A stretch of DNA of 64,000 nucleotides from Nemertoderma westbladi. Taxonomy: Eukaryota; Animalia; Xenacoelomorpha. Below are positions 55,206 through 64,000 of this stretch, one piece after another. The position numbers and the translations under genes are program-made. Under the pieces are notes generated by a model. That model had not been told where the DNA came from. It did not search any database and worked only from the letters and a program-made list of their open reading frames with translations. Within the stretch, counting starts at the first letter, position 1. The number at the start of each line of letters is the position of its first letter. The stretch spans positions 31,044-95,043 of the forward strand of contig JAUCBJ010004184.1 of NCBI GenBank assembly GCA_032718475.1, in the 5' to 3' direction.

Positions 55206-57300
55206 TGTCCTTTTCTAGTTAAGGTAGTTTCATTTACAGCCAGCCTACTGGCTTTTCCAGTAAATAAATACATAATATTGTTTCTATTGTTTAATACAGT
55301 TGTCTGCCCTTTAGTGGTGGGGTGGGCCAGTGTCGTTTAGACATTGGGCCATGGTATTGCCTTTTGATGAGCAAATTGAGAATTGAAAATAAAATGGATC
55401 GAGTCGATATTACAAATAATAGCACAAGGTATCCTGTGGAGGGAGGACTGTGTCGTTGGACGTTCTACTATTATTTATTCTCAGCAGGCCAGTCGTTCCT
55501 AATTCAATTAAATTTTTTACAAAGACAATAAACCGTAGAACTCCAGTCGATCTGTAGTTAATTATTTTTAATACAATGAAACGTATAACTCGTCGCCCCT
55601 CACCTCAAGCAGCTGCCATTAAGATTCATTATAATAATAGATGTATAAAAATAATGTATTCTGTTGTTATCGCTCCGTGGTTATCCTACCATTTACTTAT
55701 TCTTTCGTATCTCGTCTGACATATTTATTGTATTTATGTTGTTATTATTGTTATTATTGGCACTCTGTAATGAGTTGCAGTTTTGAGATTACCGTATGGT
55801 GGGGATATGGGCTTATAATATGAGTTCACAAACAAATGAGGCATTTTGGGAGTTTTCGGTTTCAATTGCATGTTTAGTAACACTCACTCATTAATCCAAT
55901 TGTAGTTTTACTATTTTTATTATAATAAAAATGTTTGCTAAAATATCCAAATTTTGGAATAAAATATGGTAGACTCCTAGGTGTAACCTAAGTAACCTAG
56001 GTGTAACCTCTGGTATGATAGTTCACGTACTCGTAAGTAAATAGTAGACTAAAAGTACTTATAACTTTCTATTGACTAACATTCGTCTACAATAAATACA
56101 TCTTTATAGGATAAATAAATAAATAGTGATATTGAAGTTATCAAACCTCATGCTTTTACGAATGCTCGAACTAAATATCTTTTGGAAAATCCATGCGTTT
56201 ATAGTTGAAGGATATATTATAGTATGCCATCGTTCTATGAAGCTGCACTGGTTCTGTTATGCTCAATTTCTACTGGTCACGTCATCGAGCTATCTTTCTC
56301 TCTATTGGCTGTTTACTTCCCCTTTTAGTTGAATATCTTAGGACAAAAATAATCGGTTATTGTGGACTGTTTTTGCATCTTCATTATATCTTCATTACGC
56401 CTACATATCTAATACTAAGAGGAGCGTAAGTAAGACAAGAGAGGAGTAGCTGGGATTGCGATAAGCTGATGTCCGGATATAAAACTTTAAACCAACATTG
56501 ATTAAAACAGCAAGAAGATGATCAGTAAGCAGTACCGGTAAACCGCTGCATCTCCAGCACAGCTTTAAAGCCAGGCGACCGGTAACCGGTAGCTGTGCTG
56601 TAGTCTGCTTTCAGATAGTTTCTTATACGGAATTTAAGTTGTCTTTGGCCGTCATGTTCCCCAGAATAGAGCACAGCCAGACAAGTTTGCTTTGAACGTC
56701 TATGGCCGATCGAACTGGTGAGCTCTAGGCTGTAAGTCTGACCCTACGCACTAAAAAAATTAATGCCATAAAAAAAACAAAAAAAAACATCATGCCATCC
56801 ATAATCAATGAGATCCAAATGCTATCCATCAATCTAATATGGTAAATGAGACACTTCAGTGTAATTTTCTCAATTTATTATCAGGTGTTTTTCTATAAAC
56901 ATACAAACTGCGAAGGTTATTGTAATTAAGTAAGCATTACGGTACACACAGCAGAAGAAAAATAAAACCTTTAATCGCCGAAATAGAATTTTGACCTGAG
57001 AGCGATAGATATCCTGATATAAGCCTGCTCAACATGCCGATTTCATTCGCATTAGCTCTGGTTGTGCTTCATCTGCATTCTCGTACACTCTTTACGCTGC
57101 TGCACTAAAATACACTTACTGACTGGAGGGCATCCTTCCCAACGACTTTCAAAGATAAACTAAAATACTGCAACGGGTTGAAGTAATGCTGGCCAATCAT
57201 ATTTAATTATATCTCTTAGTGGGTTGGTTGGGAGAATGGAAATCCCAAGGATAAAACAAACGATAAACCGTGAATAATTAATTACTTATTTTATTTTTAG

Positions 57301-57463
57301 AAATTAATGGCGGTCTCGTAACTAATCTACCGAATGTCAGAACATCGTACGCCGATGGACGTAAGAAACACTCCTACAGTCAACTAATTGAAAGGCAGAC
57401 TGATCCGGATCAGCCTAGATTTCTTAGACCTTTAGTTCCTGTTGTGGAAGATAATGTGGCGAG
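57301..57463 (+). CDS. Ig gene exon B (inter-domain linker plus A strand of next Ig), 163 bp, phase 1-2; missing from ORF track
   Basis: Acceptor ttatttttAG at 57299-300 and donor AG|GTAAGA at 57464. The only open frame gives (E)INGGLVTNLPNVRTSYADGRKKHSYSQLIERQTDPDQPRFLRPLVPVVEDNVA(R), which completes the domain in exon C. Confidence 0.87.
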
Positions 57464-57800
57464 GTAAGATTATATTGTGTCGTTGGTATGTAAGGGAAGG
57501 GGTATTAGTATGGGTGTGTCCCCCGCTGGGACTTTTCTCGCTATACATATATGAAAATCTCGGGAAAATGCACATAATAGCTATAAATAGTTATAGATTT
57601 TATAGAACTGTAAGGGCCCCATGATAATTTATCTTCATGTAATACAAAGTTTTATTGATAATATAAACGCTAGCGATATCTTATATAAAATTATATATAT
57701 AGCATGTGAGTGCATCGTATTACGAAGGCTTTGATGATATTGAAAATGATGACCTAAATTTATAGTTCAGAGTGGGAGAATCTTTTAGGCTCATTAAGCC

Positions 57801-60800
57801 AAGGAATGCCAGTTCACCACCCTGGGTGATCTACCACAGTAAACCCTTCCATTCTGGTTCCTAAAGGAATCCCTGTTCACCATCATGGGTGATCTTCCAC
57901 AGTAAACCCTTCCACTTTGTTTCATAAAGGAATGCATGTTCACCATCATGGGTGATCTTCCACAGTAAACCCTTCCACTTTGTTTCATAAAGGAATGCCT
58001 GTTCACCACCATGGGTGATCTTCCACAATAAACCCGTCCATTCTGTTTCCTAAAGGAATGCCTGCTCACCACCATGGGTGACCTTCCACAGTAAACCCGT
58101 CCGCTCTGTTTCCGAAAGGAATGCCTGTTCACCATCATGGGTGATCTTCCACAGTAAACCCTTCCCTCTGTTTCATAAAGGAATGCCTGTTCACCACAAT
58201 GGGTGATCTTCCACTTTAAACTCTTCCACTCGGTTTCGTAAAGGAATGCCAGTTCGCCACCATGGGTGATCTTCCACAGTAAACCCTTCCATTCTGGTTC
58301 CTAAAGGAATCCCTGTTCACCATCATGGGTGATCTTCCACAGTAAACCCTTCCACTTTGTTTCATAAAGGAATGCCTGTTCACCACAATGGGTGATCTTC
58401 CACAGTAAACCCTTCCATTCTGGTTCCTAAAGGAATCCCTGTTCACCATCATGGGTGATCTTCCACAGTAAACCCTTCCACTTTGTTTCATAAAGGAATG
58501 CCTGTTCACCATCATGGGTGATCTTCCACAGTAAACCCTTCCCTCTGTTTCATAAAGGAATGCCTGTTCACCACAATGGGTGATCTTCCACAGTAAACCC
58601 TTCCATTCTGGTTCCTAAAGGAATCCCTGTTCACCATCATGGGTGATCTTCCACAGTAAACCCTTCCACTTTGTTTCATAAAGGAATGCCTGTTCACCAT
58701 CATGGGTGATCTTCCACAGTAAACCCTTCCCTCTGTTTCATAAAGGAATGCCTGTTCACCACCATGGGTGATCTTCCACAGTAAACCCTTCCACTCTGTT
58801 TCATAAAGGAATGCCTGTTCACCACAATGGGTGATCTTCCACAGTAAACCCTTCCATTCTGGTTCCTAAAGGAATCCCTGTTCACCATCATGGGTGATCT
58901 TCCACAGTAAACCCTTCCACTTTGTTTCATAAAGGAATGCCTGTTCACCATCATGGGTGATCTTCCACAGTAAACCCTTCCCTCTGTTTCATAAAGGAAT
59001 GCCTGTTCACCACAATGGGTGATCTTCCACTTTAAACTCTTCCACTCGGTTTCGTAAAGGAATGCCAGTTCGCCACCATGGGTGATCTTCCACAGTAAAC
59101 CCTTCCATTCTGGTTCCTAAAGGAATCCCTGTTCACCATCATGGGTGATCTTCCACAGTAAACCCTTCCACTTTGTTTCATAAAGGAATGCCTGTTCACC
59201 ATCATGGGTGATCTTCCACAGTAAACCCTTCCCTCTGTTTCATAAAGGAATGCCTGTTTACCACAATGGGTGATCTTCCACAGTAAACCCTTCCATTCTG
59301 GTTCCTAAAGGAATCCCTGTTCACCATCATGGGTGATCTTCCACAGTAAACCCTTCCACTTTGTTTCATAAAGGAATGCCTGTTCACCATCATGGGTGAT
59401 CTTCCACAGTAAACCCTTCCCTCTGTTTCATAAAGGAATGCCTGTTCACCACCATGGGTGATCTTCCACTTTAAACTCTTCCACTCGGTTTCGTAAAGGA
59501 ATGCCAGTTCGCCACCATGGGTGATCTTCCACAGTAAACCCTTCCATTCTGGTTCCTAAAGGAATCCCTGTTCACCATCATGGGTGATCTTCCACAGTAA
59601 ACTCTTCCACTTTGTTTCATAAAGGAATGCCTGTTCACCATCATGGGTGATCTTCCACAGTAAACCCTTCCCTCTGTTTCATAAAGGAATGCCTGTTCAC
59701 CACAATGGGTGATCTTCCACTTTAAACTCTTCCACTCGGTTTCGTAAAGGAATGCCAGTTCGCCACCATGGGTGATCTTCCACAGTAAACCCTTCCCTCT
59801 GTTTCATAAAGGAATGCCTGTTCACCACAATGGGTGATCTTCCACTTTAAACTCTTCCACTCGGTTTCGTAAAGGAATGCCAGTTCGCCACCATGGGTGA
59901 TCTTCCACAGTAAACCCTTCCATTCTGGTTCCTAAAGGAATCCCTGTTCACCATCATGGGTGATCTTCCACAGTAAACTCTTCCACTTTGTTTCATAAAG
60001 GAATGCCTGTTCACCATCATGGGTGATCTTCCACAGTAAACCCTTCCCTCTGTTTCATAAAGGAATGCCTGTTCACCACAATGGGTGATCTTCCACTTTA
60101 AACTCTTCCACTCGGTTTCGTAAAGGAATGCCAGTTCGCCACCATGGGTGATCTTCCACAGTAAACCCTTCCCTCTGTTTCATAAAGGAATGCCTGTTCA
60201 CCACAATGGGTGATCTTCCACTTTAAACTCTTCCACTCGGTTTCCTAAAGGAATGCCTGTTCACCATCATGGGTGATCTTCCACAGTAAACCCTTCCAGT
60301 CTGTTTCCTGAATGCCTGTTCACCATCATGGGTGGTCTTCCTTAGTAAACCCTTCCATTCTGTTTCCTAAAGGAATGCCAGTTCACAACCATGGGTGATC
60401 TTCCACAGTAAACCCTTCCATTCTGGTTCCTAAAGGAATGCCTGTTCACCATCATGGGGGATCTTCCACAGTAAACCCTCCCAGTCTGTTTCCTGAATGC
60501 CTGTTCACCATCATGGGTGGCCTTCCTTAGTAAACCCTTCCATTCTGTTTCCTAAAGGAATACCAGTTCACCACTAGGGGTGATCTTCCACAGTAAACCC
60601 TTCCATTCTGGTTCCTAAAGGAATGCCTGTTCAGAATCATGGATGATCTTCCACAGTAAACCCTTCCAGTCTGTTTCCTGAATGCCAGTTCACCACCATG
60701 GGTGATCGTCCACAGTAAACCCTTCCACTCTGTTTCCTAAAGGAATGCATGTTTACCACCATGGGTGATCTACCACAGTAAACCCTTCCATTCTGTTTCC

Positions 60801-61034
60801 TAAAGGAATGCCTGTACACCATCATGGGTGATCTTCCACAGTAAACCCTTCCATTCTGGTTCCTAAAGGAATGCCTGTTCACCATCATGGGTGATCTTCC
60901 ACAGTAAACCCTTCCATTCTGGTTCCTAAAGGAATGTCTGTTCACCATCATGGGTGATCTTCCACAGTAAACCCTTACAGTCTGTTTCTTAAAGGAATGG
61001 CTATTCACCACCATGGGTGATCTTCCACAGTAAA
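57801..61034. repeat. 63-bp intronic minisatellite (~51 units, with 62- and 59-bp variants)
   Basis: Unit AAGGAATGCCTGTTCACCATCATGGGTGATCTTCCACAGTAAACCCTTCCACTTTGTTTCATA. Fills ~3.2 kb of the 3.8-kb intron between exons B and C. Confidence 0.97.
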
Positions 61035-61283
61035 TGTATCGCATTACAACGATTCCCTACCCTCTTGTAGATAAACACCTTTATGAATTGGCGGAGATAT
61101 GGATTTTACGATATGAGATATAAGTATCACATTTTCCATTCGCGGAAAGCTATTTATTTTCACATTGACTTGGTATTGAGCTGGACTATTGAAATATATT
61201 TGTGTGGGGAATCATACATTAATATTGTATTCCATTGTTTTAAATTAATATACCAATATATTATGATACTGGATTTGTTTAAG

Positions 61284-61506
61284 GTTTGAATGCCAAATCG
61301 CTGGGAATCCAAAGCCCTCAGTTACCTGGTACTACGAGCAGCAGGTAATCAGTCCAGGTGGCCAGTTCTCGATATCGGAGCGCGAAGATGGAACGCATCA
61401 GTTACGTGTGGAGAACGTTCAGAGTCTCGGTTCCGCGCAGTTTAAGTGCAAAGCGACAAGTTCCAAAGGCGTTGCCACCAGTACAGTGGACCTAGTCCAA
61501 CAGAAG
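61284..61506 (+). CDS. Ig gene exon C (I-set domain, B to G strands), 223 bp, phase 2-0; missing from ORF track
   Basis: Acceptor tttgtttaAG (61282-83) and donor AAG|GTTACT (61507). Translates (R)FECQIAGNPKPSVTWYYEQQVISPGGQFSISEREDGTHQLRVENVQSLGSAQFKCKATSSKGVATSTVDLVQQK. Confidence 0.92.
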
Positions 61507-61788
61507 GTTACTTAGTTATATCTCTAACTACAATATCAAATCGTATTTTTTTCCAGGGGTACCCGGTCGAGTCGGTATCTTTAATATGATAAATAATAAA
61601 ATTATAAAATCTTTAAATTAAAACAGTTGGTAACCGGATGCACCAATATAAATAAAAAGTGATGGTGTATGATCACCATGTTACACAAGTAGGAGTGCAA
61701 ACTTTATATTTCTATATATAATCCATATTATCTTTTAATTAAATTGCACTTCTATTAATGTGACAATTAGCCATGTTTCTTTATTTAG

Positions 61789-62018
61789 GTTGACAGTGAT
61801 GGTAGTCCACCCACCTTTACCCAACTGATTGTCCCGGCGGTAGAAGGTAACAGGGCTACGTTTCAGTGCGAAGTCACAGGCGACCCTCACCCTTCGGTGA
61901 CGTGGTACGAGGACGGTATACCCTTACAGAACGGGGGTAACTTTACCGTTACCCATAGCAACCGGGGAGTCTGCCAATTGGTCATAGAGAACATTAGTAG
62001 AGAAAACGCGGAATACAA
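61789..62018 (+). CDS. Ig gene exon D (I-set domain, A to F strands), 230 bp, phase 0-2; missing from ORF track
   Basis: Acceptor tttctttatttAG (61787-88) and donor AA|GTGAGT (62019). Translates VDSDGSPPTFTQLIVPAVEGNRATFQCEVTGDPHPSVTWYEDGIPLQNGGNFTVTHSNRGVCQLVIENISRENAEY(K). Confidence 0.93.
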
Positions 62019-63232
62019 GTGAGTTTCGGGTTATCATTAAAATTTATACGACTCATATTCGCAATGTTGTTGTTGTATCCAAATTTATTATTTCTCACTC
62101 CAAAGTTAATTATAGTGATGTCGTTTTTTTAAAGAATGCAAGTTTTCCGAAATCCCCCCTTAGGAGTCGGGGTTATGTACATCTTTCCCACGATAAAACA
62201 GCTCTCTCTCTCTTATCTTTGGGTTTATTACCTGGGCATAAAAAGTATATAAAATGCTCGGTTTATACGACCCCCACGACTTTATTCCATTAAAGATAGA
62301 AGCGAGAAAATGTCTTCAGATAATGAAGCAGGAAGCATAAAAAAAAACGGCGTGTAAATTAATTATAGAGTGGCATAGACCGACAGTAAGACTTCGTAAA
62401 TATAAGCAGCCGTATAGTGTTAGTTCTACCTTTGATGAAACGGAAATCACAAGCAAGTACCACATGCTGATCACACTGCACAGTACTTATGGGTATTGTG
62501 TTGGTATAATTGAATATGCGCAACGCATCGTCCCTGGTGCATTGTAGGGAATTCCCCCCCTCCTGTCCGGGTAGTGAGTTTCTATGGTTTTACCCCTACG
62601 GGGTCGTTCCTAGATTTTCTTTGTTTCTTCTTTTTTAGTTTCGTTTCTAAAATAATTAAATCTAACGAAAGTTTCTTGTTTCAACAGAAATGTAAGAAAA
62701 CGAATTATTGTCGTTGACCGTAATTCATTGAATTAATTTACATGGAACCTCCTTCCAGTGTGAAACTAATTTATTAAGTTTTAAATTGAACTTTATTCCA
62801 CTGCTTGAGACAAAATTCAATCAATATTCACAATAACTGTTTCTTCATGAGGTAATAATCTAATTTCCCCAGAACGAAGCTTCAACGCATTTTACTAGAT
62901 TATATATTATTCTTCCCAATTAGTTTCTGTAAGGTTTTCTATCCAGGGACTTCGTTTATAGATTTTATCATATAATGACTGGTACATTCCGATGACGCTC
63001 AACGTCTAGACCAATTTACGATGTCATATTTGTATTATTTGCCTTTCTTGGTAGTTTTGTTTCTCTTGTCTTATTTCTCATTATATTAGCAAAGCATACG
63101 TATTAAGTGCGGTGTCGTAATAATGAGATTTAATCCCATTAAACACCTTAATGTCGTCATTATTTTCTTGTTGTTGCCAATAACGTGGGAATATAGCGTT
63201 GTAACTTTCCATAAATATTGATAATAAAATTG

Positions 63233-64000
63233 TTATTTTTAGAGCGTGACATTGATTCCATCCTGTTGTATGCCATTATTTTATATTTTTAGAGCGTGAC
63301 ATTAATTCCAACCTGCTGTATGCCATTATTTTATATTTTTAGAGCGTGACATTGATTCCATCCTGCTGTATGCCATTATTTTATATTTTTAGAGCGTGAC
63401 ATTGATTCCATCCTGCTGTATGCCATTATTTTATATTTTTAGAGCGTGACATTAATTCCATCCTGTTGTATGCCATTATTTTATATTTTTAGAGCGTGAC
63501 ATTGATTCAATCCTGTTGTATGCCATTATTTTATATTTTTAGAGCGTGACATTGATTCCATCCTGTTGTATGCCATTATTTTATATTTTTAGAGCGTGAC
63601 ATTGATTCCATTCTGTTGTATGCCATTATTTTATATTTTTAGAGCGTGACATTGATTCCATTCTGTTGTATGCCATTATTTTATATTTTTAGAGCGTGAC
63701 ATTGATTCCATCCTGTTGTATGCCATTATTTTATATTTTTAGAGCGTGACATTGATTCCATCCTGTTGTATGCCATTATTTTATATTTTTAGAGCGTGAC
63801 ATTGATTCCATCCTGTTGTATGCCATTATTTTATATTTTTAGAGCGTGACATTGATTCCATCCTGCTGTATGCCATTATTTTATATTTTTAGAGCGTGAC
63901 ATTGATTCCATCCTGTTGTATGCCATTATTTTATATTTTTAGAGCGTGACATTGATTCCATCCTGTTGTATGCCATTATTTTATATTTTTAGAGCGTGAC
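63233..64000. repeat. 50-bp tandem minisatellite (>=15 units, runs off the window end)
   Basis: Unit AGAGCGTGACATTGATTCCATCCTGTTGTATGCCATTATTTTATATTTTT in exact 50-bp register from 63241, with few substitutions. Confidence 0.98.

Larger units (their letters stand above)
51773..62018 (+). other. Internal part of a multi-exon gene encoding tandem I-set immunoglobulin domains (titin/UNC-89/twitchin/kettin-like giant protein); start and end lie outside the recognisable region
   Basis: Four exons join in frame with compatible phases (1-1, 1-2, 2-0, 0-2): ...GDPIPDIVWYKDG...YLCKASNTAG...LVLN/EINGG...QPRFLRPLVPVVEDNVAR/FECQIAGNPKPSVTWY...FKCKATSSKG...QQK/VDSDGSPPTFTQ...FQCEVTGDPHPSVTWYEDG...AEYK. 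Family assignment rests on I-set motifs (PxF, FxC, GxPxPxVxW, Y/FxCxA). Confidence 0.9.

Noticed and set aside
55976-56009. CCTAGGTGTAACCT direct repeat (two copies, 20-bp period)
   Set aside because: A small local duplication with no further structure.
57361-57366. Internal GTAAGA donor in exon B
   Set aside because: Using it would remove the PRFLRPL A-strand and give the wrong phase for exon C; the donor at 57464 fits exactly.
57794-61044. Minus-strand ORFs with MMVNRHSFMKQSGRVYCGRSP repeats
   Set aside because: Translations of the 63-bp minisatellite, repeatedly broken by 62- and 59-bp units.
51293-61289. Short 60-118 aa ORFs in unique DNA (51293, 51394, 51507, 54572, 54912, 55322, 55641, 56126, 57442, 61083)
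   Set aside because: No recognisable motifs or consistent splice structure; they are intronic or overlap real exons in other frames.
1-64000. CRISPR array or telomeric repeat interpretation of the arrays
   Set aside because: No unique spacers and no cas genes; the context is eukaryotic with spliceosomal introns; units are not short G-rich telomere motifs.

Overview
AT-rich animal (invertebrate, plausibly nematode-like) genomic DNA. The first ~50.5 kb is a single, very homogeneous 40-bp satellite array of about 1,260 monomers. It is 80% pyrimidine on the + strand, built from five diverged 8-bp subunits, and carries many internal block duplications. The huge + strand ORFs in the track are artefacts of this stop-free monomer. 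The last 13.5 kb holds four phase-compatible internal exons (51773-51973, 57301-57463, 61284-61506, 61789-62018) of a + strand gene with multiple I-set Ig domains (titin/UNC-89/twitchin-like; orthologue not identifiable). Nested antisense in one intron is an intact two-exon 324-aa serpentine 7TM receptor (Srx-like), with a degenerate tRNA-like element just upstream of it. Three further tandem arrays (54/57 bp, 63 bp, 50 bp) lie in this gene's introns. Two observations stand out. (i) The 54/57-bp array is an amplification of the exon's own 3' end plus splice donor, giving 16 in-frame, stop-free alternative 5' splice sites that could tune an inter-Ig linker in 18-19 aa steps. (ii) The 50-kb satellite probably fills a giant intron and shows no AG dinucleotide on the sense strand. 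All calls were made by eye; no searches were run.
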